Positions 27,081 to 35,130 of a stretch of 35,130 nt of DNA are shown piece after piece. A program made the translations under genes and the position numbers. The stretch covers positions 1-35,130 of the forward strand of contig CAYYGZ010000014.1 in NCBI GenBank assembly GCA_964471275.1. Reading direction: 5' to 3'. A model generated the notes under the pieces. The model saw only the letters and a list, made by a program, of their open reading frames with translations, was not told where the DNA came from and made no database searches. This DNA comes from an uncultured bacterium (lineage in GTDB: Bacteria > Latescibacterota > UBA2968). Position 1 is the first letter of the stretch. Every line of letters starts with the position of its first letter.

Positions 27081-30000
27081 CCGACAGGGCCGCCCGTGAA
27101 CGGATTCACACCGATCTGGATCGGAACATCCTGGTACAGGCCGGAGCCGGAGCAGGCAAGACGCACGCACTGATCGACCGGATGGTCCAGATCGTGAGAA
27201 CGGGCCGGGAGGACGTGCAGCATATGGCCGCGATCACCTTCACAAAGAAGGCCGCGAGTGAGATGCGCGCCAGATTCCACGCAGCACTCAGGGAGAGCCT
27301 GGCAGCCACGGCCGAGGGAGATCCCGCGAGATCCCGACTGGCAGAGGCAATCGACCGCGTCGACCAATGCTATATCGGCACCATCCACGCCTTCTGTGCA
27401 CGGATGCTCCGCGAACGTCCACTGGAGGCGGGACTCCCCCCCGACTTCTCGGAACTTGACGCGCGAGCCGAGTGGGTCTCCCTGCGGAAAGCCTGGGACG
27501 CCTTTGTTCTGGACCGGTTTGCCGACCGTGATCCACGACTCGACACGTTCGACGGCTGGGGTATCCGCACAGACGAGTTCTTCGACTTCTTCCTGCGCCG
27601 ATCGCAATTCACGGATCTCGATCTCCACTGGACGAATGTCCCGTCAGTGGACCTGCACGAACCGGCCGAAATTGCTCGGGAGTGGGTGGAATCGGTCAGC
27701 CGGTGGATTCCCGACCCCCTCATCGAGAAACCTGACCGGCTCCAGGACGCGCTGCTTCGAGCCGGCAATTTCCTGCGCAATCGGGGGCTCAACGCGGAAC
27801 GAGATGATCGATACCTGCTCTCCTTGCTCGATCTACAGACCGAGCCCGTTACGCTCAAACGATGGGCCCCGCACCAGGCCAAGGCAAAGGAGATCCGGGA
27901 CAACGCTCTACCTGAACTCCTCGAAACGGTCGTTCGGCCGGCGATAACACGATGGCGGCAAGCCATCTACCCGGAAATCGCCGGTTTCATCAACGAAGCT
28001 GTGGCCGCCCACCACGCTCACCGTATTGCCAGGGGATTTCTGACCTTCCAGGATCTGCTCGAACAGGCCGCGGCACTTCTATCCGGACAGTCCGCCCTGC
28101 GCAGAGATTTCCAGAACCACTACCGGTGTCTGTTCGTCGACGAGTTTCAGGACACAGATCCAATCCAGGCACAGATCCTGCTCTACCTGACCGCCGATGA
28201 TCCCGAAGTATCAGATTGGCGGGACTGCCGACCCAGACCCGGTAGTCTGTTCCTCGTCGGTGACGAGAAACAGGCGATCTATCGGTTTCGTCGTGCCGAT
28301 CTCGATGTCTTCCGCTATGTCAGAGACCTTGTTCGGTCTTCAGGGGGCGAGGTTCTCGACCTCAACACCAGCTTCAGATCGCTTGGCAACATCTGCGAGT
28401 GGATCAATAACGCCTTCGAACCCATCTTTGCCCGGTTCGACCCACGCTACCAGGCTACTTTCGCGCAGCTCGCCGCCTATCGACCAGCGGGCGATCTGCC
28501 GACCCACGTCGTTCGATCGTCCATCGTCAAGATCTCCGGCAACAACCGTTCTGCTATCGCACAACATGACGCGGACCGGATCGCCAGATTCATCGGGGCC
28601 TCGATCGCGCGGGACGGATCCGTTTCCGAGTGTGCGGTTCCGGGTGAATTGTCTCCCGGGTCCTTTATGATCCTGACGCGCACGACCGGCCAACTCGATA
28701 CGTATGCGCGTGCGCTCGAGCGGCTTGGCATCCCCTTTTCGATCGAAGGCGGCAACAAGCTGCGTGAATCCGAAGAGCTCCATGACCTGATCCAGATGTT
28801 GGAAGTCGTCCTCACGCCAACCAATCCGATTCCCCTGGTCGGATATCTTCGCGGCAGATTCTCGGGTGTCGGTGACGATGAACTCTACAATTTCGAAGCG
28901 GCCAATGGGCAATTCGACTACCGGTCCGACGTGCCCGACCCGCTCGAGGAAAAGTCGTCACAGCGCATCCGAACTGCTTTCACTCATCTACGTAATGCGG
29001 AGCGTTGGCTCCAGACCGAACCCGTCAGTCTCGCCATAGAGCGCATCCTCGATAGCCTCGGAGTCCTGCCTTACGCAACGCTCCGACCCGCAGGGAGTTC
29101 GCGCGCCGGAAACCTGGTTCGCCTTATTGCGATCATCCGGCGCTGGGAATTGGCGGGATGGCACTGGACGGAATGTCTACGCGAGCTCCAGGACCTGCGA
29201 GATGACAGGGAATACAAGCTTGAGGAAATGACACTCGATTCGGGAAGTGGGGCCTCCGTGCGTCTGATGAATCTCCACCAGGCAAAGGGCCTGCAGGCCC
29301 GAGTCGTGTTCCTGGCAGATCCCTACGACACCAGCTTCGGGAGGCACGATCCGGACTTCCACGTCTCCCGGTCCGGGTCCAAACCTCGGCTGATGCTGCC
29401 GGTATACCGTGCGAAGGGGCCGCACGGGAGTGAGCTGATCTCAGAGCCGCACGGCTGGGACCGGGATGAGGAGGAAGAGGCCCGCTTCCTCGATGCGGAG
29501 GAGCGTCGACTCGTCTACGTTGCAGCGACACGCGCTGCAGATCTCCTCGTCGTCTCCCGATATGAGGGCAACCTCGAAAAGGGGTCGTGGAGTGAACTCT
29601 ATCCATACCTGGAGGACCTGCCTGACCTGCCCGAAGGGGTGTGCGAACCTCCTGCCGCACCCCCGCCGGACAGACCCGACTTCGCTGCAATCGAGCGGGA
29701 TATCGATTGGAGTTGGCTGCAAGCCCGTCGTCGATCCTACACGGCCACAACCGTCACCAGTGAGGATGATCACCGGCTCGCCGAACAGGAATCGGAGAGA
29801 ACAGCTCTGGGAAGGGGAGTCGATTATGGCCAGTTGATACACGAGCTTTTTGAGCAGATGATCACAGGCAATTTCCCGGAAGACATCGAGACCTACATCA
29901 GGGCCCGTGTCGAACGGGAGGAGCAGGATGCCGAGAACATCGTGCACGCCTTGCAGGCGATCGATCGCTTCCGTCTGTCAGACGTGTGGGCCGAAATTCG

Positions 30001-30295
30001 GAAGTCCAGACAGACCTACACGGAAGTCGATTTCGCAAAAGCGGACTCGTTCATGGGTCAGTCCGAGATCGCCCGCGGAAGAATCGATCTGGTCTATCGC
30101 GTCCTGGGAGGCTGGAAGATCGTCGACTTCAAAACAGATCGCGCCGTTTCGGCTACCGAAGAGGAACGTCTTCGAAAACAGTATGGGAACCAGGTCAGCG
30201 CCTACGCAAAATACTGGACCGATCTTTCGGGTGAGAGCGTCGCGGCAGCCGGGATATGGTCAACGGATCCCGGTTCCTGGATCCCGATCCTGTAG
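27065..30295 (+). CDS. AddA/RexA-like UvrD-family helicase-nuclease
   Basis: Walker A AGAGAGKT, ITFTKKAA.EM, TIHAFC, DEFQDT, VGDEKQAIYRFRRAD, HQAKGL and YVAATRA; C-terminal nuclease GRIDL..IVDFKTD. Overlaps the addB-like gene. Confidence 0.92.
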   Translation: MAVELTDRAARERIHTDLDRNILVQAGAGAGKTHALIDRMVQIVRTGREDVQHMAAITFTKKAASEMRARFHAALRESLAATAEGDPARSRLAEAIDRVDQCYIGTIHAFCARMLRERPLEAGLPPDFSELDARAEWVSLRKAWDAFVLDRFADRDPRLDTFDGWGIRTDEFFDFFLRRSQFTDLDLHWTNVPSVDLHEPAEIAREWVESVSRWIPDPLIEKPDRLQDALLRAGNFLRNRGLNAERDDRYLLSLLDLQTEPVTLKRWAPHQAKAKEIRDNALPELLETVVRPAITRWRQAIYPEIAGFINEAVAAHHAHRIARGFLTFQDLLEQAAALLSGQSALRRDFQNHYRCLFVDEFQDTDPIQAQILLYLTADDPEVSDWRDCRPRPGSLFLVGDEKQAIYRFRRADLDVFRYVRDLVRSSGGEVLDLNTSFRSLGNICEWINNAFEPIFARFDPRYQATFAQLAAYRPAGDLPTHVVRSSIVKISGNNRSAIAQHDADRIARFIGASIARDGSVSECAVPGELSPGSFMILTRTTGQLDTYARALERLGIPFSIEGGNKLRESEELHDLIQMLEVVLTPTNPIPLVGYLRGRFSGVGDDELYNFEAANGQFDYRSDVPDPLEEKSSQRIRTAFTHLRNAERWLQTEPVSLAIERILDSLGVLPYATLRPAGSSRAGNLVRLIAIIRRWELAGWHWTECLRELQDLRDDREYKLEEMTLDSGSGASVRLMNLHQAKGLQARVVFLADPYDTSFGRHDPDFHVSRSGSKPRLMLPVYRAKGPHGSELISEPHGWDRDEEEEARFLDAEERRLVYVAATRAADLLVVSRYEGNLEKGSWSELYPYLEDLPDLPEGVCEPPAAPPPDRPDFAAIERDIDWSWLQARRRSYTATTVTSEDDHRLAEQESERTALGRGVDYGQLIHELFEQMITGNFPEDIETYIRARVEREEQDAENIVHALQAIDRFRLSDVWAEIRKSRQTYTEVDFAKADSFMGQSEIARGRIDLVYRVLGGWKIVDFKTDRAVSATEEERLRKQYGNQVSAYAKYWTDLSGESVAAAGIWSTDPGSWIPIL

Positions 30296-30643
30296 GCCCA
30301 AACGAGCTCGGAGCCCGATCACTGACGCGGCGTAGCAGCACCGTTCACACTGAATAGACCGATCGCATGCCGGAATTGCTATCCAGAAATGCATCAGATA
30401 ACCCGGTCGTATCGAAGTGCGAGCGACGTAGATGACGAGGGAGAATGTCAGAGCTCACGTCCGACGCCTGATACCCATTGCCTTCCACACCGAGCTCAAA
30501 TTCTGCCCTTCGTATCTTTCTCTGCCTTCTCAGTCCTGGACAGCCCACCGCCATCACGGAATGGTAGACCGACGTACTTGACCCTATCTTTGAAGGTCGC
30601 GATCGACGCTGAAACATCAGGTGCACGTTAGTCAGGAAGATCT

Positions 30644-31144
30644 ATGGCACATATCCCTGAACTCTGGCTGCCGATACTGCTGTCTGCCGCCATCGTCTTC
30701 ATCGCGAGTTCCATTATCCACTTGCTCCTTCGGTATCACGCATCCGATTTCAAGCCTTTTCCAGACGAGGACGGGGTGATGGATGCGCTCCGGCCGTTCG
30801 ACATCGAACTGAGTGATTATGTGCTGCCACACGCAGGATCAATGGCAGCTATGAAGGAGCAGGCATTTGTCCAGAAATCGGAAAGGGGCCCGGTTGGATT
30901 CATAACAATCACGCCGCCTGGTAACCCAAGTATGGGGCGGGGCCTCCTGCTCTGGTTCCTCTATTGCATACTCGTCGGTGTCTTCTCTGCCTACATGGCG
31001 GGTCGCGCCCTCGAGCGCGGGACACATTACCTGGCTGTCTTCCGTTTCGCCGGCTGCGTCACCTTCGCCAGCTACGAACTCGCCCTCTTCCAGAACTCCA
31101 TTTGGTTATAACGCTCCTGGTCAGCGACCTGCAAATGCGGATGA
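30644..31144 (+). pseudogene. Conserved hypothetical membrane protein, probably C-terminally truncated (stop at 31109-31111)
   Basis: Hydrophobic ORF 30644..31111 (ELWLPILLSAAIVFIASSIIH...). The frame reads SIWL*RSWSATCK, resembling the continuation I recall for this family (not verified). Confidence 0.55.
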
Positions 31145-31209
31145 GTATGATCAGGTTTGCTTGCACGGGAATCCTGCCTTTTAACAGCAATGACGAATCG
31201 TGTTCGCGG

Positions 31210-32088
31210 CTATGAGCGGCCAAAGCTGATCACCAGATCGATGTAGGGGAATGCGCCAACATCACCAAAGGGTCCGCCCATCAACCCAAAATCGACACTG
31301 AAGAAGTCGCCAAACAGCCGAACGCCAAATGACCCGAGCGGGTCGGCGTCGGGGACAAGCCAGTTCTCGCTGACAAGTGAGACACCGCTCGAGATGCGCT
31401 TTTCACCCCCCACCACCAGGATCGGCTTTCCTTTCAGATCGCCATCCAGAAACCCGAACCCCACACCGACCGTAATGCTCTGGTCCAGTGAACCGAATGT
31501 GCCGACCGCGAAGAGAACACCGGCAGTTCCTTCAATCTTGTCGGTGCCCGGAAACCCCCCGATAAGAGCACCTGCTGCCACGTTAACGTTTTGAGATGCA
31601 AGAAGGCCCAGTTTGGATGTCGCAAAGAAGATTTGCTCGCTGATACTGACCCCCGGGAAGATCGAAACCCCGCCCCCTGCCGTGAGCCGATCGGTCAACC
31701 CGAGAGTGAGCGCCGGGAAAAAGATGAAATGGTCGGCCAGGTATCCTTCACCTGCATCCAGAGTGCGACCGGTAGGCGCGAAGAAGAGCCGGGTTCGATG
31801 AGGATTTGGGCGCCAGCGGGGCTGCTGGACGGTTGCCATCTCGGCAGAATTCCGCCGGATGGTGGCAACCTCGACCATCGGGAAGCGCACGGAATCTTGG
31901 GCCGTTACGAAGACGACTACACCATCCTGGATCTCGACAACCTTGCCGAGGAATACCCGACCATCCTTCATCATCAGCGTCTGCTTCGTCGTATCCTGCG
32001 TAACACTTGAGGTGTCGAGCGCCTCAGTCGTATTGGCAATGCAGAACACAATCAGCGAGATCAACGAGATTCTACCAGGATGTGACAT
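31210..32088 (-). CDS. Hypothetical exported protein, possibly an outer-membrane beta-barrel
   Basis: ATG 32088 with GGAG RBS, a signal peptide, a small MKDGRVFLGKVV domain, TRLFFAPTGRTL..GEGY, and alternating amphipathic strands ending PYIDLVISF. Confidence 0.8.
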   Translation of the reverse strand: MSHPGRISLISLIVFCIANTTEALDTSSVTQDTTKQTLMMKDGRVFLGKVVEIQDGVVVFVTAQDSVRFPMVEVATIRRNSAEMATVQQPRWRPNPHRTRLFFAPTGRTLDAGEGYLADHFIFFPALTLGLTDRLTAGGGVSIFPGVSISEQIFFATSKLGLLASQNVNVAAGALIGGFPGTDKIEGTAGVLFAVGTFGSLDQSITVGVGFGFLDGDLKGKPILVVGGEKRISSGVSLVSENWLVPDADPLGSFGVRLFGDFFSVDFGLMGGPFGDVGAFPYIDLVISFGRS

Positions 32089-32425
32089 CGTGCAATCCCT
32101 CCGATACAGGACTGACAAAGAGAAGCCTATGACGGACCGATTCCGCCTGATATCAGGAACATACTTCAGAAACGGGATTCCCGCACACGGAATACCTCCC
32201 ACCTATTGCTCAGTGTCACAGGTGTTGCACGTGGGGCCCATCGTCTCTCCGCGCTGTCGTGGATGACAGGACACGCCCCCTGACACCACGCAAGAAAGCG
32301 ATCCCGTGATCATACACAGGACCGCTCTGATGCTACAGTTCCGGTTTGCCTGGAAACTCCCGTCCGCCATAACCGGTGGCGTGGGAGGATGGAAGGCTTC
32401 TGTCTCCTACATCGCCTCTTTGGCT

Positions 32426-32626
32426 CTACAGACCGCTAAGCAGCTCCTTTGCCGCCTCCGCATCACCCTCGTGTACTCGAATCTCCGTTGGTCCGGTCGA
32501 ATATAGATTCTGAAATGCCTGGTCACCGCCGATTACAAACGGAATATTCGCATCCCGCAGAACCGATTCAGCGATGGCTGAGACGGCCGGGCTATTGGGC
32601 TTGAGTACTGTCACGAGTTGATCCAA
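32426..32626 (-). CDS. DUF2007 family small protein
   Basis: LVTV...AIAESVLRDANIPF...EIRVHEGDAEAAKELL pattern. TTG 32626 with GAGGAG RBS. Confidence 0.8.
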   Translation of the reverse strand: MDQLVTVLKPNSPAVSAIAESVLRDANIPFVIGGDQAFQNLYSTGPTEIRVHEGDAEAAKELLSGL

Positions 32627-32691
32627 GCTGCTCCTCACGAGATGTATTGGGTTTTGGGGGCGCGATCACGAGCATGATGGCCGCAATCCGC

Positions 32692-33297
32692 TCACGATTC
32701 CCAGACGCGAGCGCGGCGTGCATAAGACGATGTCGTCGCTGCCTGATACAGATTCTGCAATCCTGACGGTGTCTTCCGAATCAGGCGCCGCTTCTGCATA
32801 GCCTCAAGATCATTCGACAGGTCTTTCCAGGTGCCGTGCAGACGCACATCCCGGTAGAGCTCGTGCCCGGTCCGACCATCGGTGTGCCAAAGATAGCCCA
32901 AAATCTTGATCTCGCGATCGGTGAGTTGTTCCAAATCTTCGACGGAGGCGACATCCTCATCATTTGCCCCCGCAACCGCGTCGATCCCCCTGCGAAGTGT
33001 CCCCCCCCACAGCGACATCGCGCCGACTGCGGCCATCGCCTTGTAATTCCGATCACGATACGCCGCGTAGAACGTCAGCCCTTCGTTCACAACCTGAAGA
33101 GAAATCAAGATTTCGTCCGGTAGGCGAGCCATCTCGATCGGTTGACCGTAGGAGAACGGCGCCAATTCAGGCCCTACCGTAGGGAACCCGACTCGCCGAC
33201 TCAGACCCAGCGTCTGGTTCAGATCATCAGCCCGGACCGAATGACCCGAAACCGCAATCAGGGCAGTAACAAGGAGGATGTCGATTCGAATCGCCAT
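32692..33297 (-). CDS. Hypothetical protein: N-terminal signal peptide plus C-terminal BlaI/MecI-like winged helix
   Basis: N-terminus MAIRIDILLVTALIAVSGHSVRA-DD; C-terminal LTDREIKILGYLW...TGHELY...LEAMQKRRLI...YQAA. Confidence 0.65.
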   Translation of the reverse strand: MAIRIDILLVTALIAVSGHSVRADDLNQTLGLSRRVGFPTVGPELAPFSYGQPIEMARLPDEILISLQVVNEGLTFYAAYRDRNYKAMAAVGAMSLWGGTLRRGIDAVAGANDEDVASVEDLEQLTDREIKILGYLWHTDGRTGHELYRDVRLHGTWKDLSNDLEAMQKRRLIRKTPSGLQNLYQAATTSSYARRARVWES

Positions 33298-33516
33298 AGT
33301 CTGTCGCCAATCCCGGGCAGCGATCGTAGGCACCCGGTCAGAGAATTCATAAGAGCTCGATATTTCTGGATGCGAATGTCCTGCCAGAAGACCTCCGTGC
33401 CTCTAATTGTAAGTTTACCATATATTTAGGCGTTCTAGTTCTGACCCGGATGACGTGAGAACCCACTACAGTTGTTGCTTTCTGGCTACACGCTCGCAGG
33501 AAAAGTACAGAATGCG

Positions 33517-33544
33517 TGAACCCGACCCGATATCGGGTGTATAA
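33517..33544 (+). promoter_or_regulatory. Candidate autoregulatory ECF promoter with a palindromic spacer
   Basis: TGAAC, 17 bp, then GTATAA, about 40 nt upstream of the ECF start. The spacer holds the perfect palindrome ACCCGATATCGGGT (33525-33538). Confidence 0.4.
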
Positions 33545-33583
33545 CACTTCGACACGCGACGGACTACCCTCATTCGGAACCCT

Positions 33584-34486
33584 ATGCGACTGTTCAAACG
33601 AGATCTGTTGAAAATGACGGACGAATCCCTGATGGGATGCATTCAGGGCGGTGACATTGCCGTGCTCGACGATCGCTACGATCGCTACAACAGCAGATTA
33701 CTCCACTACTTCCACCGGATGCTCAACCGGGACGCTGACAAGGCGCAGGGCTTCCTCCACGATCTCTTCGTGAAGATTGTCGAGCGACCTTCGGCATTCG
33801 ATACCCGACAGTCCTTCACGACCTGGATCTTCACGGTTGCCCACAACATGTGCAAGAATAGATACCGGAGACTGGAAGTGCAAACACGCGAAACGACCGT
33901 TGAGCAGATCCGAATGGATCGTCACGCCGGTGCGGAAGATATCGAGACATCGCTGGACAATCGGGCCTTCAAACAGACGGTTCTCGATGCGCTCGATGAC
34001 CTCGAGCCCTCACACCGGACTACTTTCCTCCTGAGGTATCAGGAAGACCTATCCATCAGAGAGATCAGCGACATCCTGGAATGTGCCGAAGGGACAACGA
34101 AGTCACGCCTGCACTATGTGACCAAGCGCCTTTCGAATCAGCTCCAGGAGATGAATCCGTTCGCAGCTGATCACGACAACGCGTTTGACGCCAGACTCCG
34201 CCAGGCCCTCGACATCTCGTCACCCGACCTCACGGCGGATTCATCGATACGTGGAGACATCCGATCGCGTCCCAAATCCCGCGGATCGATCGGCCATCTG
34301 GTCGGACGCAACGGCTTCCTCCCGACCCCCGTCGGTTCCTTCGGCGCCATCGCCGTCGAGGCCGTCCTCGCTCTATTCGTGTGGGTGGGCACGCGCCAGC
34401 TGCCGACAACCTCCGACGTTACCGGCTCATACGTCGCCGCTATCGACACAACCAGAACCATCGACAGCACGTCCCTGCACACGTAG
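33584..34486 (+). CDS. ECF RNA polymerase sigma factor with fused ~110-aa C-terminal membrane-anchored extension
   Basis: Region 2 (FTTWIFTVAHNMCKNRYR) and region 4 (LRYQEDLSIREISDILECAEGTTKSRLH), then an in-frame tail containing a hydrophobic segment. Confidence 0.88.
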   Translation: MRLFKRDLLKMTDESLMGCIQGGDIAVLDDRYDRYNSRLLHYFHRMLNRDADKAQGFLHDLFVKIVERPSAFDTRQSFTTWIFTVAHNMCKNRYRRLEVQTRETTVEQIRMDRHAGAEDIETSLDNRAFKQTVLDALDDLEPSHRTTFLLRYQEDLSIREISDILECAEGTTKSRLHYVTKRLSNQLQEMNPFAADHDNAFDARLRQALDISSPDLTADSSIRGDIRSRPKSRGSIGHLVGRNGFLPTPVGSFGAIAVEAVLALFVWVGTRQLPTTSDVTGSYVAAIDTTRTIDSTSLHT

Positions 34487-34720
34487 CTCGGGTTGGCGGC
34501 ATCGGTTGACAGCTTGCTCTACAGCAACACGGCAGATTCACTGAGTCAGTAACTGTCGGGGTAGCTGCGCGCGAGGCAAGAAAAGGCCCTCACGTTTCTG
34601 GCTCATCTCTATACATCCACCTCCTTGCCCGACTCCTGCGTTCTATTAACTCCCCTCAATGGACAATGGCCATTGGATAATGGCTAATGCCCTTTCGACA
34701 TACCGTCTTACAACACCCCT

Positions 34721-35130
34721 TGAGCAACCCAACACATGGTTTACACATTTTGTGTCCATAGATGTCGACGATCCTGAGTGATCCCAGATAGACGTTCCAT
34801 ACGCCGATGTCGATTTCTTCAAGTCCGATGTATTGGCCCGCGCAGGGGTCCGAGACGTTGATTGCTTTCTTGTGCCATCTCATCGAGCTGTTCGCCGCAA
34901 CCTTTCGAGTCTCCCAGTGGTTCGGATAGGTCAGTATTGATGGCTGGGCCGGCAGCTTTCTCGACGAAGGATGGTAGGTTGGCCCTGGGGTCTCCTGGTC
35001 CAACGCTTCGTGAGGACGTTCTTCGTTGTATTCTTACTGGAACCGGTTGAACCGACGCTGCTGTGCGCTCCTATTTCCCGAAGGAGGTCTTGCTGTTCGA
35101 TCCTTGAGCGTCCTGTGGAACCGCTCGTGG
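34721..35130 (-). mobile_element. IS481-family transposase remnant (3' part) with internal stop and right end
   Basis: Minus frame reads HERFHRTLK...RFQ*EYNEERPHEALDQETP...WNVYLG with TAA at 35034-35036. An IS481-like end TGTGTAAACCATGTGTTGGGTTGCTCA lies at 34747-34721. The element runs off the window edge. Confidence 0.82.

Noticed and set aside
30296..30643. Short ORFs on both strands after the addA-like gene
   Set aside because: No recognisable domain or convincing RBS; possibly decayed sequence.
31109..35036. Stop-codon reassignment suggested by two in-frame TAA codons (31109 and 35034)
   Set aside because: TAA, TAG and TGA all terminate intact housekeeping genes here (e.g. TAA ends murF, murB and rseP); pseudogenisation is the simpler explanation.
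1..35130. Composite transposon bounded by the two IS remnants
   Set aside because: They belong to different families (IS3 and IS481), both are decayed, and they enclose core housekeeping genes.

Overview
A GC-rich bacterial chromosomal segment of mostly housekeeping genes. The gene content fits a diderm of the FCB/Latescibacterota/Gemmatimonadota neighbourhood; this is inference only. From left to right: (1) a decayed IS3-family remnant; (2) the minus-strand dcw operon mraZ-rsmH-ftsL-ftsI-murE-murF-ftsW-murG-murC-murB-ftsQ-ftsA-ftsZ, with a clear sigma70 promoter, three MraZ boxes and a terminator, but no mraY, murD or ddl; (3) a divergent lipoprotein gene; (4) a minus-strand uppS-cdsA-dxr-[hypothetical, DUF6702-like, HupE/UreJ]-rseP operon; (5) a pentapeptide-repeat gene; (6) an AddB/AddA-like nuclease-helicase pair; (7) a partly decaying accessory end. 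That end holds a truncated membrane protein, an exported protein, a DUF2007 protein, a signal-peptide plus winged-helix protein, an ECF sigma factor fused to an anti-sigma-like tail, and an IS481 remnant. I found no CRISPR array, rRNA or tRNA. The best leads are a ~207-nt multi-hairpin element closed by an 11-bp inverted repeat where mraY-murD normally lie, an identical 11-mer (GAGGCAGAGGG in mRNA sense) at three dcw gene ends, a probable AUC start for rseP, a second C-terminal-peptide-like motif in FtsZ, and the odd ECF/wHTH divergon. None can be established as a novel system from sequence alone.
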